From Octopus vulgaris (lineage: Eukaryota): a DNA stretch of 64,000 nucleotides. Position 1 is the first letter of the stretch. Each line of letters opens with the position of its first letter. The DNA lies in the NCBI GenBank assembly GCA_951406725.2, contig OX597823.1:13764001-13828000 (forward strand), in the 5' to 3' direction. A program made the translations under genes and the position numbers. Below are positions 29,084 to 42,660 of the stretch, in pieces. The notes below the pieces were generated by a model. It saw only the letters and a program-made list of their open reading frames with translations. It did no database searches and was not told the origin of the DNA.

Positions 29084-29192
29084 AAGAAATGAGGTAATCA
29101 GAAGATCGGATGGTTCATATTTATAGATATTTATTTATATATTACATTTTTTACATATATATATCATATCATTCAGATCATATCATTCAGAT

Positions 29193-29228
<36 letters not shown>

Positions 29229-29518
29229 TAAGTAATTAAGGGTTTAGCAACGAATTGCCTCACCAACACACCGAATTTAGAAATAGCAGTCAAAGAGATA
29301 TAGCTATTCCTTCTACTAAAAGGGGGATCTCAGCAAAAACACAGCACTTGAAAGGCAAACACAGACAGGTAAGAAAGAAAGAATGAAATGACGGCAATCT
29401 ATCATACAATTTTAAGTTACCTACGGACGTACGTATATATAAAGATATATATACATATGCATATATGTATGTATATAAACATATAAATGATAGACAGACA
29501 GCCAACCAAACAGAAAGT

Positions 29519-29658
<140 letters not shown>

Positions 29659-29659
29659 A

Positions 29660-30240
29660 ACGGGTGTAAGTAAAAAAGTATACGCGTTCTTGTCTCAGTA
29701 ATTTATCAAAACAAAAGCTGGGTTCGACCAGTTACATCCTTTTGCGTCGTAGTCTTTTGCTTTTCGCTGCATTTCTTCCGACGTTCACAAGCTTGCTTAT
29801 TCCAACGGAAAAGATTTGCTGCTGGTCGCACAGACATTTGCGATCCATTTACTGCGTTTATTTGTCTGTAGCCACCCAGTGACCTTATAAAGAATGTTTG
29901 GGCTCTCTGAAGAGGTGGATTGTATGCAGAGTGTTTTCGCATCTGGAAACCCAATTTTTCAATGGTTTCAGGAACGTGGGCAGCCGTATACGGGTGTGCA
30001 TCGTCGGACAACAATAACACTTGCCTTAACAATAGACCTCGGCTTTTGGTGCGAATTGGTAGTTTCAGTTTTTTGGACATCATTTCAATGTAACCTACAC
30101 TGGCGACTATAGACTCCTTTTCCACGTAATATTCCAGTTTAGACCCTTTTGCATATCCCAAAACGGTTAACTCCACTTTTTCTGCGGGTGGTCAAGTCTT
30201 TAATTTCTTTTGCGCTAGCTATTCTAGGTGTCCACGCCAT
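29660..30240 (-). pseudogene. decayed mariner (DD34D) transposase
   Basis: IRTKSRGLLLRQVLLLSDDAHPYTAAHVPETIEKLGFQMRKHSAYNP resembles the HDNARPHTA..HPPYSPDL region. Confidence 0.8.
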
Positions 30241-30594
30241 AGAGGTACGTACGTATGTATATATGTATGTACTATGTACGTATGTATTGTATGTATGTGT
30301 GTTTGTACGTATGTATGTATGATCTTTCTTTGTGTTTAAATTCTTCTTGAGAGTCGGTCGCGAACAATGCTATAAAACTTTTTGAGTTAAGAGAGCCCCC
30401 GATGTTTGTAGTTATTTAGTTCAGTTGAAGTGTTGGTTGAACTGTCGATGCATACAGTCAAGTGTCTGTATCTATTCATATAGGAATCTTGCATGGAGAA
30501 TTTCTAGAATGTCTTATACATTTTTACCATGCTACGAATAGATTGCATTTGGAGAATCCGCGTCAGTTTTTTTTTCTTTTTTTTGTGTTTCTAT

Positions 30595-31075
30595 ATATGT
30601 ATGTATGCATGTATTAATGTATGTATGTATGAATATATGTATGTATGTATGTATGTACGTAAATATCTATGTACGCATGTATGTATAAATGTATGTATGC
30701 ATGCTTGTATGAATGTATGCATGTATGTATGTGTATGTATGTACTTATGTATGCATGTATCTATGTATGCATGTATGTATGTATGCATCCATACATGTAT
30801 GTATGTATATATATATGCATTTATGTATGTATATATGTATGCATGCTTGTATGTATGTACGCATGTATGCATGTGTGTATGTCTGTATTTATGTATTTAT
30901 GTGTGTTTGTATGCATGTATGCATGTATGCATGCTTGTATGTATGTATATATGTATGCATGTATATATGTATGTATGCGCATGCATGTATGTATTTATGT
31001 ATGCATTTGTGTATGTATGTATATATGTAGGTACATTTGCGTGTATGTATGCATGTATGTGTGTATTATGTGTGT
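30595..31075. repeat. degenerate (GTAT)n tract
   Basis: Direct reading. Confidence 0.9.
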
Positions 31076-32005
31076 GGAACAAACTCCCAACCACTAGTGT
31101 CCCCATGTCTCCTCGGACTCGGAGTAGTAGGACCTGTCAAAGTCTAGCATATGATTGAGAGGACGTGGAAATACTGAATTGATGATTGCGGGAGCAGTCA
31201 GCCCGCATGGAGTGAAGGACACCCGGTGCTTATTAAGGCATCCCTCTACAAGGCTCACTCGTATGTAATATCTGCTGTTCTACTGAGGTTTCTTGGCATT
31301 GCTAGTCAGAGCCGTTGTGGTGTTGAGCAAGGTGCACTTGGTTTAAGACAATGTCATGAGCATAGCTGACACATGTGAGCGAGCGATTCTCATGCTTCTT
31401 TAACGATAGCCATCATGTACGTTCTTTCAACAAGCATACATCGACTTCTCTGTCTTTCGCAAGCCGATTTTTCACATGCGTTCTAACTGATTTTTTCCAC
31501 CGTCTAGGCCTAAAAAAGGCCCTTATTGTTGGTTTCCTTGTCCTGTTATTCTTTATTTGTACTGTTTTTTCTACTGTTTTTTCTTCATTTGTTTTGCTTT
31601 TACGTCCTGTTCTTGTCACTTGTTTTACCCCTCTGCAAAAGAATTTTATTTAATTCCTTTTGCAGGAAGGACTGCTTCGGCCTGGCCGTGCTCTGCCCTT
31701 ACCTTCGAAATACGCATTGAGTCGAACCAGAGGCAACTGATGAAGGGGAATTTTCCTTGTATTGTTTGTCCTGTACTCTGTTTTTTCGTTGTTAAAAAAA
31801 CTCCGTTTCCTTGTTTGATTTTATGTTTTCGTTTCTCGTTGTGTTCTACGTTTATTTGTGGTGTCCTGTACTCATATATATATATATGCATGTATATATA
31901 CATATAGATGTAAGTATGTATATATATGTATGTATATATGCATACGTTTTATTTATTTATTATATTGTTATTATATATATATATATAGAGAGAGAGAGAT
32001 AGATT

Positions 32006-32073
<68 letters not shown>

Positions 32074-32167
32074 TATGGTTGGTTTGAGAGATGTGTGTAA
32101 ACATTATGTATGTATGTTTGATGCATATATGTTTGTATCTATGTATGTATGCATGTATATGTATATA

Positions 32168-32220
<53 letters not shown>

Positions 32221-32300
32221 CACATATACGTATACACACAAACACATATATATATATATGAGTGTATATGTATATATATATAAATGTGTGTGTGTGTGTG

Positions 32301-32341
<41 letters not shown>

Positions 32342-32633
32342 CACAATATACGTATACACACATACGCGCAAACAAACACACGTATGCATGTACACATTCA
32401 TGTAAATATTTAAATCTACATATATATGCGGGAGAGTGGGTGGGGGCTTGCATGTGAAATGAATGTGTTAGATCAAGAACTATTTATACTTCTATCAAAA
32501 TATAGGACTCGAAGCACTTTAGCATTGAATTAATATATATTTCTTAAGAGTAAATCGTGACACATCGACAAAGTGTTTCGGTTAAAGTTTGACCTTGTCA
32601 GACGAGTGAAAAAAGAAAAACATATTGATTGTG

Positions 32634-32756
<123 letters not shown>

Positions 32757-32828
32757 TATGTATATGTATATATATAATTATATATATATATATGTATGTA
32801 CATACATATATGTATGTATATATATATA

Positions 32829-32870
<42 letters not shown>

Positions 32871-32922
32871 TAGATAAACTTAGATATGTTTCGACCAAAG
32901 ATTGGTCCAGGCCATGTCTAAC

Positions 32923-35190
32923 TTAATAGCACCGCCTGATAGGATTATTCGAATCCTGTTTAAGTGAAGTTTTGTTTATGGTCCATTTAAGTAGTGAGTT
33001 TTTGTTGGGTGAGTTGTATCCAATTATGGGTGGCTTATCTGGTATTCTTTGAAGGAATCTATCCAGATTCCGTTTAAAGTTGATGGCATCCTTTTCCTCT
33101 TTGATCTCTTTCGGGACAATGTTAAATAGGGCAGGGCCTGTTGAGGAAAAGAAATTATGTTGCAGTGTACATGTATGCTGTGATCTTGAATTGGGCAGGG
33201 GACGTATGGCCCGTGGTCCCAGTCTTGGATGAACCTTGAAGCTAATGTTCAGGTCGTTTGGGCAAAGTTGGCGGTATATTCTCCACATTGTACAAATGAT
33301 GTACCGCTCACGGCGACGCTGGAGAGAGTAGAGTTTCAAGGCTTTAAGGCGATCCCAATAATCGAGAGCATCCATGCCTTCAATTCGTTTAGTGAGTGCC
33401 GTCTGGGGTGATTCAATCCTCGAGATGTTTTGTCTTGTATGGGGAGACCACAGTGGGCAGCAGTATTCGAGGTGTGGCCGTACAAAGGAGGAGAAAAGTG
33501 GTATGATGACCCCTTGTTCTCTGGACCGGAAAGTTCTTAAGATCCAGGAACTCATCCTACGAGCTATATCGACCTTCTTGTTGATGTGTGCACTCCAACT
33601 GAGATCGTCATCAACAATTACACCCAGGTCTCTTGTTAGAGGCTGTGAGCGGTTCCCCTGAAGGAAGAGAGTATGGCTGTTTTAGTGAGGAATTTCTTCC
33701 AAAATGCATCAGCTCAAATTTTCCCTCGTTCAGTTGCATTTTGTTTCTGTCTGCCCATTGACTCACAGCATATAGATCAGACTGGAGTTGAGTTCGGTCT
33801 GCTTCTTCATTGACGATTTGCTGGAGCTTAGTGTCATCAGCAAATGTTTTCACTTTGCAGTAATGTACGACACTGGAAAGGTCGTTTATGTAAATTATGA
33901 AGAGTAGCGGACCCAAGACAGTCCCCTGGGGAACACCGATGCCATTTCTTTAGCATCGTGTTGGGGAATGCCGTTATCGTCAACCAATGGCCCAATGGGC
34001 AGACAGTGGTTCTATGCTTATTTGCATAAGAATAGAACACTTTTGGGTTCTGTTTGATGTTTTTGATTACCCACTGTTCCTCCACAGCTCTTTGATTTTC
34101 AATGGAGGTTTTCATGTCGGTCTGCAGATGAAGTTTTTCCAGCTCTAGCCTTTTCATTGTTGTTGAATGTGGATGTTGTGTGTGGGAATATTTTAATTGG
34201 TTGATTTTTTGGTTGAGTCTTTTAATGCGCCTGATGAGTGTTTTTTTTTTCTTTTTAGGGAGCCGGTTTTTGTTTGTGTTAGTAGATTTCGTGGGAGCGT
34301 GTTTAGAGCATGTATGGGTGACAAAGATTTTCAAAGTGCTGCCAAGCGGTCTCAATATGGGTTGAATTGAAAGTAAAAGACCAGTTGATGAAAGACAGAT
34401 CCTTTCTGATTGCTCCCCAGTCCGCTTTGTGGAAGTTTATGTTGTCAAATGAGTGCCATGGAGTGGGATTGGCTGGTGTGGTTTTTATATGTCGGGAATT
34501 AGAATTGCAGAGTACCATGTCGTGGTCTGAGAGGAGAGTTTTATCAAATGAAATACTGTGAACGAAGCTAGAGTTAATGGTCAATACCAGATCCAAGATC
34601 GTTTTATTCTATCTCGTTGGTTCGAGCACTAGCTGAGTCAGGAAGTATTCATCCATTAGATTAAAGAGCAGTTCTGCTGCTGCTCTATCTGATGTAGAGC
34701 ATTTGCCTAACTTCAGAGTATTTGTGGGCCAGTTCACATGAGGGAGGTTAAAATCACCCATCACTAGTATGTTTCCGGAGTGGTACTTCCGAAGGAAGGA
34801 CTTGACTTTGCTAAGGCACTCTTCAAAGCACTTTAGAGGTGCTTGAGGAGGCCTGTAAAGACCAACAATGATTATGTCCTTGGCCTTGCTGAATAGTGAT
34901 ACCGATTCACAGTAGCCATTGGAAAATATGTCCTTGGCATCAAGTGAAAAGGAGTCATGGATAAAGATGGCTGTCCCTCCCTTATTTCGGTCTGTTCGAT
35001 CCGCACGAACAATGGTGAAATCTTTTATTTTCACCTCGGCGTCCATATGAGTGTTGTTCAGGTGAGTCTCAGTAAGGATAAAGAAAGGGAAGCAATGTGC
35101 CGTTTCGGCAAGCCAACTCTCTATATATGGGATCTTCCATTTTGGGGCAATAATTGATGGGTTGATGTCACGTACATTTAACAGGAATGT
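32923..35190 (-). pseudogene. LINE ORF2 (APE endonuclease plus partial reverse transcriptase)
   Basis: LTETHL, RADR..GG, YRPP, GDFNLP, LDLVLT, SDH, GVPQGTVLGPLLF, FADDTK, VRPHLEYC..WSP, YSLQRRRER; frameshifts and a stop. Confidence 0.9.
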
Positions 35191-35329
35191 CGAGGTAAGG
35201 GAAGTTTGATGTTTGCATTGTTCTGAGTTATGTTTTATGTTGTTCAGTGGTAACAATGTGGGTAGTTCTTGTATGGAGCTGTGTGTGTATGATTTTCTTG
35301 TTGGTAGTGGGTGTGTGGTCCTTGTGATT

Positions 35330-35965
35330 TGCATAGGTGGTTGCTGATAGCTCGTTGGATCTCCTGGCCTTCATATTTTCTAGGTAAGTCAGTAAAAAAG
35401 AGTTACCTCTTTGGTTTGCCACTTGGTCAGAGGATACATATTTCATGCTGGTGTTATTTGGTGTTATGGTTTTTTCATGGTTCTGTCTACGTTGTTTGAT
35501 TGTAGGAGGGGAAACGTGGTTGTATTTTGTTCTTGTTGTTGTCGTAGAATTCCTCTGTTGTTGTTTATATTTATTTTGCGATCGTTTTGTGCCCTTCAGA
35601 TAGTGGTGGTTGCATTCTGGGTTCAGGCACATCCTTAGTGACACAGAAGTTTGGCACAGTTTAGGATGGAAGAAGGTGCATCCATTGCCTTTTGCGCATC
35701 CATATTTGGGATCAGGACCATGGACTCTGTATTTAGGACAGTATTTGGGGTGGAGGTGAGGGCAGTTTTTTCCCGTTATACCATATGGACAGGTGCCCTT
35801 AACAAGTCTACGACATAGGGTAGGATGGAAAAAAGCACAGCGTCCATTGTTGTTGGTGCCGCTGGGGCCAAATCTACAGTTGCCTTGAGAATAGTAACGG
35901 CAGGGTGTTTTATGTGGGTGTAGTAGTGGTTTTTTCTATTCTGGCTGTAGTAGCAGTAGCAGAGT

Positions 35966-36007
<42 letters not shown>

Positions 36008-36518
36008 GCTGCTGTAGCAGCAGTGAAACTTGACTTGGAATCGGGTCAGGTATTGGTTCCAATGTAGTAGCAGAAGCAGGCTGTTGTTGTTTTTGTGATA
36101 GTGAGATCTGGCTTGCCAGAATGAGTGGAATGGGCGGAATTAGGTCAGATGTTTGTTGCTAGCTATCGGGTAGTTGAAGTGACCTCTGACCTGTTGGAGT
36201 TGGGTCATTTGGTGCACTACATTCATTGACAAGGATGGCTTCTAATGTTGCCATGTGCGTGTGGAAAATAAGAAATATTCTTATAATCTCTTTTATTTTA
36301 TTTTCGATCTGTTTTACAGATCTGTGAAAGGATTGTTTTGCTAAGTTTTCAGCTATTTTACTGTAAACATTAGCTTCGTTGTGGTGGGTGCACCAAGCGT
36401 TTATCAGTGCAGCGATTTCATTTTCAACCCAGTGACGTTTTTGAATATTATTGGCCATATTCAGTGGGACAGTATTATACACTGTACGCCAGTTATTGAT
36501 GTATAATAGTGAATACAC
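35330..36518 (-). pseudogene. LINE ORF1: Myb/SANT-like domain, poly-Q, four CCCH-type zinc fingers
   Basis: HWVENEIAALINAW..VYSKIAENL..RSVKQIENKIK; CRYYSQGNC..CAFFHP, CRRLVKGTC..CPHLHP, CPKY..GC..CTFFHP, CQTS..C..CNHH; one in-frame TAG and one frameshift. Confidence 0.75.
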
Positions 36519-37046
36519 CGTTGAAAAGTTTGTGTCGATATATTAGGAAATGCGTGGCTTGTGTGCGGGAGAGTTCAGTGTATTTAGTACAAATTAGGAT
36601 GAGCGGTGTGTTTAATACAGATCAAGAAAAAGAATTGTACTCACGGGACTAGTTTTAGAACTAGTCTTGGGTTTAGTTTTGGTTTATATTTCTTTCTCCA
36701 GGTTGTATATAGATGTGTATAAATTTATCCTCCGATGGTAGTAAAAGAGTAGAATAGTAGAATTGTAGAATTCAAAAGTTCTGGGACTAAAAACAAGGAG
36801 AGTTTCTGCTGGCTTGAGTTGAAATATGCTTCTTTGGCTACTGACCGGAGCTATGAAAAGTACGTCGTCACGACGAATGCCTGATATATATATATATATA
36901 GTTAGAAGCTAAGATAATTCAAACTAAGATGTTAATGCATAACATACATTGGTTTACAATGTTATAAGGAAAATGGAATAAATATCTTATGATTCATATT
37001 AAAATTTTACAATTTGAAAGAATATATATATATATATATATATACA

Positions 37047-37200
37047 TTATTTAAAGCAGTAGAAAATTCAAGAAAACCTGTTACTCTGAGTTTCTCGTTG
37101 CCGTTCGTCGGATAGTTTTTGCTAGAAAAAAGTGTCCGACGAACGGCAACGGGAAACTCAGAGTAACAGGTTTTGTTGAATTTTCTGCTGCTTTAAATAA
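37047..37200. repeat. fold-back (66-bp arms) with a hammerhead-like motif; probable Penelope-like terminal repeat
   Basis: 37047-37112 is the reverse complement of 37135-37200 with few mismatches. Confidence 0.85.
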
Positions 37201-37273
37201 AGCATATTACTCTACCACTGGTATTTGAGTACTCTTTTTTCCACCTTGTTTCACATTTATGTGTTTACTCCGG

Positions 37274-37323
<50 letters not shown>

Positions 37324-38183
37324 AAAATACATTAAAAGGCTTCCATTCATTTGCTAAAAAAAAGATGAAACTGCAGTACAGGATTAGCTGAGATGGTAAA
37401 CGTTTTTAATTTTCATTCCATTTCATGAATTTATCCCCTTTTTGTCTATCTAGCACTCGCTTCTTTATTTGGAAGCCTTTTAATGTATTTATATATGAAT
37501 AACGTATAGTCTAATGACTAATTCGTCTTTTGTGCTAGGTCACTGGTAATAATAATTTATTTTTATTACCCTATTTACTATGTATATATATATATATATA
37601 TAAATTAAAAAAGGGTACCATATAGAACCAGCATTGCTTGAAATAAGAGTAAAAAACGACTCAAAGTATGCCAATCCTTTATACTGACAGGCAGTTTCGG
37701 CAATTTCTGTTGCCCCATCAGTAACGAATGGCTCCACTTCGGCAGTTTTCGGACTTAATTCTTCGTTACTATATATGTCTTCATCAAAGAAATCTATGGA
37801 TGATTTCGCGAATCGCTAATGCGTATACAGAAAATTAATGTAGACTGGAGTTTGCAGTGTTTTACCAAAAGGAAATCTATAGTCGCTCTTTTTACAATCC
37901 CCGGTAGTATATATAGATCCAATTATGTGCTTTGACTCTCGCATTAGAGCATTTTAGCTCTCATTTCTAGCAATGTAGTTCTTTCTAACACCCTAGTCAC
38001 CTTTAATGACGATTATAGTTTTCCTCTTTGGTGAAACATTACAAACTGCTGTCTACATTAATTATATATATATATATTTTCAATAATAATACAAGGGTAA
38101 AATTAATTAATTAATAATTAATAATTTTACCAGGTAGTCAGTAAGTTAAAATAACCATTTTAAGTAAAATTATACAAATATTC

Positions 38184-38528
38184 TATAATTATATACATAA
38201 TTATAATCAAAGGATCAGCTAATTGCTTCGCCACGCACTGATTTAGAAATAGGAGCTAAATGCTTTTTCTACTGCCATAAAGATCTACCAGGCAGTAACA
38301 CACTTCTTTACGTCGGCAAAAAGTAAAAATATACTTTACTTTAATCTCGAAACGCGTATGTAGCTAATCTGAGGATTCATTATTTTTTATTTTTGCCTAC
38401 GTAAAAAAGTGTGTTACTGTCTGGGAGATCTTTATGGTTGTAGAAAAGGCATTTAGTTCCTATTTCTTAATCAGTGCGTGGCGAAGCAATTAGCTGACCC
38501 GTCGATTATAATTATGTATATAATTATA
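38184..38528. repeat. fold-back with arms of about 147 bp
   Basis: 38184-38330 pairs with 38382-38528 with scattered mismatches. Confidence 0.85.
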
Positions 38529-38530
38529 AG

Positions 38531-38840
38531 TGGAGGCGCAATGGCCCAGTGGTTAGGGCAGCGGACTCGCGGTCGTAGGATCGCGGTTTCGATTCCTAGA
38601 CCGGGCGTTGTGAGTGTTTATTGAGCGAAAACACCTAAAAAAAAGCTCCACGAGGCTCCGGCAGGGGATGGTGATCCCTGCTGTACTCTTTCACCACAAC
38701 TTTCTCTCACTCTTTCTTCTGTTGGCCTGCTCGCTTAGCCAGTGGGGTGGCGTCATTCGAAGGCTAAAACAATGCGAACGCATTGTGACCAGCGATGTGT
38801 AACAACATCTGATGGTCTGGTCGGTCACGTGATCACGTGT
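38531..38840 (+). mobile_element. SINE family C
   Basis: tRNA head GGAGGCGCAATGGCCCAGTGG; flanking ATAATTATAA duplication. Confidence 0.9.
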
Positions 38841-40189
38841 GATAATTATAAAATATATATACATATATAGAGAGACAGACAGACAGACAAAGAAAGAGAG
38901 AGAGAGAGAGACGGACGGACGGACTGACAGACAGACAGATGTGAAACGAACCAGTGTTAGTATTTTAGATAAAGTTAATATGCAAATGATTTTGTGAAAG
39001 AAGAGAGAAAAGAAATGAATGAGAGAAGAGAGTTATCCACTGTCCAAACCGAAGTTATTGTGTGGAGTTGCTTTATAAAAGAATTTATCTCTAGCGACAT
39101 AAATATACGAATTATAGGTTCTGACTTATGTGTGTGCGTATGCACGTGTGTGTGCGTGCATGCGTGTGTGTGTGTGTGTGCCATGTAGCTAGATAGATAC
39201 TAGAATGTATAGAAAGGTTTGGCAAACATGGGTATATTAAGGAGGTAATTTTTATAGAAAGAAAAAAATTAGCTGCAAAAACAGAAAATTAATGGTATGG
39301 AAAATGTCAATATGTCGTGTTGGAATAGATTACATAACAATAACACAAGATGTTTTTGGAATGTTTATGAATAAAATTAAAATCTATGTGGATATGTTTT
39401 TCGTTTTTAATTAATTTTAGGTACGTAAGTTTTAATTTTTCTTTTATCAGATTAAATTTATTTCGAACACAATGAAAGTTTCGTGGAGATGGCGTTATCT
39501 ATTGTTGAAATCGTAAAAATTTAGTTTAGTGTCTAAGGACTGCGGGTGGAAGTTGTAGCGAATGCTAACTTCAATAGGAAATTTTGATTTTTGATTTTTT
39601 TCACATAGTTGGTGCTTTAAAATGGGCTGGCTGTGCGAGTTTGTGTATAGATAATCGAAAGAATGAAATTATAAAATTAAACGGGAGCTCGATGGAAGCT
39701 AGACACAGCATTATATCTTGATTCTATAATAGAATAGAAATAAAACATCTGGAATAAAACAAATAATAATACAGACTATGAATAATATAAGTTTGTATAG
39801 AAGTTTGTAAGAAAAGTACAGTCTAATCCTTATATGAGAAAAGGAAAATAGATTGAAGTAAAGTATGGAGAGAAACTGAAAACAAACATGAAATATTAGT
39901 TTAAGCTAATATGGGATTTATGAGCAGTTATGGAAACTAACAAACGAAATGAACCCACCTACTCTTGTTAAAGGTCACTAATAAGAATTTTTTGAAATAG
40001 CATTAGACATAAATTGTAAGATACGAGACATGTATAGAAGGTTAGAGGTTCTGCTCGCAGAACAGGCCAGGTTAAAGAATGCATATCTGTTAGTATGTAG
40101 GTGTATATACTAAACAGACAAAAGTCAAGCGACCATTAAGAAGTAGTTAAAACGATTGCATTAATAGGATTAATAGATAATATAATAAA

Positions 40190-40572
40190 TCTATATATAT
40201 ATAAAGCTGAAGTTGTCTGTGTATGGCAGGTTTGGTAGCCTTCAACTAACACTATCTCCTCCGAGACCCTGCGGCGCAAGTTGACCAAAATTGAGAGTTT
40301 GATAGAAGAAGGCTTGCTCTTCCTTCCGGAAATTCAAATCGGACCATGTTAACACCAAAAATTATTTACATCAAAAAGGTGCGTTTTTCTACGAAAATCC
40401 CTACTTTTTACGATTTTTTGACTGCTGTGTCGCCATTTTTCAGTGTATTTCAACCAGAAAAATGTTTACTTAAAGAGAATAACAAGCTACATAATGCGAA
40501 ATTTTTACTTTTCAAAAATTTCAATTCTAAAGGGTCAAAACAAAACCGAGCAACGCCGGGCGATACTGCTAG
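40190..40572 (+). mobile_element. non-autonomous Helitron, second subfamily
   Basis: A|TCTATATATAT start; same 3' end CCGAGCAACGCCGGGCGATACTGCTAG|T with a different interior. Confidence 0.85.
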
Positions 40573-40997
40573 TATTTTGATAAAGATATATATAAGTGTA
40601 TAAATTGAAATGACTAAGCTTAGGTAATAAACCAACGTATAGTTAAAATAATTAGAGGTTGTGGAACAGACACCATGAAAAAAATAACTCATTGCAAGGA
40701 AATTGATATGATTAATACTAGTGTAATAAGTTGTGGGTTAAATAGTATTTAATCTGAAGGATAGGTATGAATAATTGATTGTATTCTCATAATTAAGAAC
40801 TATTTGTGAAAGTTACAATTTGAATAAATTAACTTGAATGAATAAAAAGTGCAACAAAGTAACCAAATAAAATATTAAACTATGTATATATACGGCTAAA
40901 GAACATCTTGACAATTTAGTCAAAAAGCTTTCCTGCTAGACTATCCACCCTTTCTGCTAATATACAAATCTATACAGGGCCATCGTTTGTTCTTTTT

Positions 40998-41400
40998 ATA
41001 TTCTTTTATTTGTTTCAGTGATTTGACTGCGGCCATGCTGAAGCACCGCCTTTAGTCGGGAAAATCGACCCCAGCACTTATTCTTTGTAAGCCTAGTACT
41101 TATTCTATCGGTCTCTCAGCCGAACCGCTAAGTTACGGAGACGTGAACACACCAGCATCGGTTGTCAAGCGATATTAAAGAGACAACACAGACACACAAA
41201 CATTTACATACATAAGCATATATATATATATGTGTGTGTGTGTATGTGTGTGTGTGTGTGTATACGACGGGCTTCTTTCAGTTTCCGTCTGCCAAATCCA
41301 CTCACAAGACTTTGGTCGGCCCGAGGCTATAGTAGAAGACACTTTCCCACGGTGCCACGCAGTGGGACTGAACCTGGAACTATGTGGTTGGTAAACAAGT
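40998..41400 (-). mobile_element. SINE family A
   Basis: Reverse-complement match. Confidence 0.88.
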
Positions 41401-42080
41401 AAAATCAACCACATCTCCGTTTTATTTAGCGGCTTCCAATTTACTGACTCCCTTTTATAATTTCTTAAAAATCATGCCCATCTTCAATATAGGTATAAGG
41501 AACTTTTTTTTTTTAATAAGAATATTCTAAATCTTCTTTGCTGCTACACCTCATTTCGCAGGAAGTTTAGTTTTTTCTAACCTGTATAAACCAAATTTAC
41601 ATAACAGCCTTCCTCCTACTGCCAATTGCGACTTTAAGAACCTGAATCTAATTTCAACCGATATTTCTACTGTCACCTGATGTATATGGAAAAAGATGGA
41701 AGGCTGTTGCGAGTTTATTGCAAATGAATGAACACATATAGTGTATCCATAAGGTTATACTAAAGGTTACAGCGCACGGGGCTTGCGGGGTCGAGACAAA
41801 TTCCATCCCCCACTTCATTGTATGTGTATTTGTTTTGTTTATCATTTGTCTATTATTCGCTCTATCTAAATGTTTAACCTTTTATCTCTGTGTAAAAACC
41901 ATGCGTACTATCGACCCCTCCTTCGTTTGTATCGTCACCTCTCTGTTTGACCCCCCGCTGTGGACAATAAAGAAATTGATATAGTTTTCTTCTATAATAT
42001 GCAAGCCAATTATTCTTCTCGATGTGACATCAGAGTGACCTCTATTTCATTTAAATTGTGCCTTAATAATCGTACCGTTT

Positions 42081-42296
42081 AAGGCAGCGAGCTGGCAGAC
42101 ACGTTACCGCGCCAAGCAAAATGCTTAGCAGCCTTTCGCCCGTCTTTACGTTCTGGGTTCAAATTCCGTTGAGTTCAACTTTTCCTTTCATCCTTTAGGA
42201 GTCAATAAAATAAGAAGCAGTTGAGAACTCGGGTCGATGGAATCGATTTACCCCTCCCCCAATCTTGCAGGCCTTGTGCCAAAGTTTCAAGCCAAT
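42081..42296 (+). mobile_element. SINE family B, diverged
   Basis: AAGGCAGCGAGCTGGCAGA head and B box. Confidence 0.8.
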
Positions 42297-42509
42297 AATC
42301 ATACCGAATGTCATAAAACACTTTGAGAAGTAATAACACGTTGTTGTCACTTTTTATGTGGGAATTGAAAAACAATAATTCACCATACAGCAAGGCCATA
42401 TAACAGAATGAAAGATATTGACATTTTCTTTTTGTCTGAGGACTTATTTGCCATAATATCTGAAATCATCTGTAATTGACAAAATGAATAAAATACGATG
42501 CGAAAAAAA

Positions 42510-42616
42510 GGCGTGGCTGTGTGGCATGAAGCTTGCTTCCAAACCACATGGTTCTGGGTTCAGTCTCACTGAAGTCTTGTGAATGGATTTGGTGGACGGA
42601 AACTGGAAGAAGCCCG

Positions 42617-42660
<44 letters not shown>

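Larger units (their letters stand above)
32866..36883 (-). mobile_element. CR1/L2-group LINE with both ends present, internally deleted, inserted in (TA)n
   Basis: 5'UTR, ORF1, APE endonuclease, RT C-terminal half, 3' tail (TATCTAAGTT)x2; TA repeats on both sides. Confidence 0.88.

Noticed and set aside
31695-31750. Permuted hammerhead (GAAA at 31707, CTGATGA at 31737)
   Set aside because: Stems I and III do not pair convincingly.
37600-37817. Acidic minus-strand open frame (FFDEDIYSNEELSPKTAEVEPF..)
   Set aside because: No good donor site and no recognisable family.
39200-40180. Possible old L1/Tx1-type relics (also 1-370 and 41420-41650)
   Set aside because: Only faint motif traces, too decayed to support a call.
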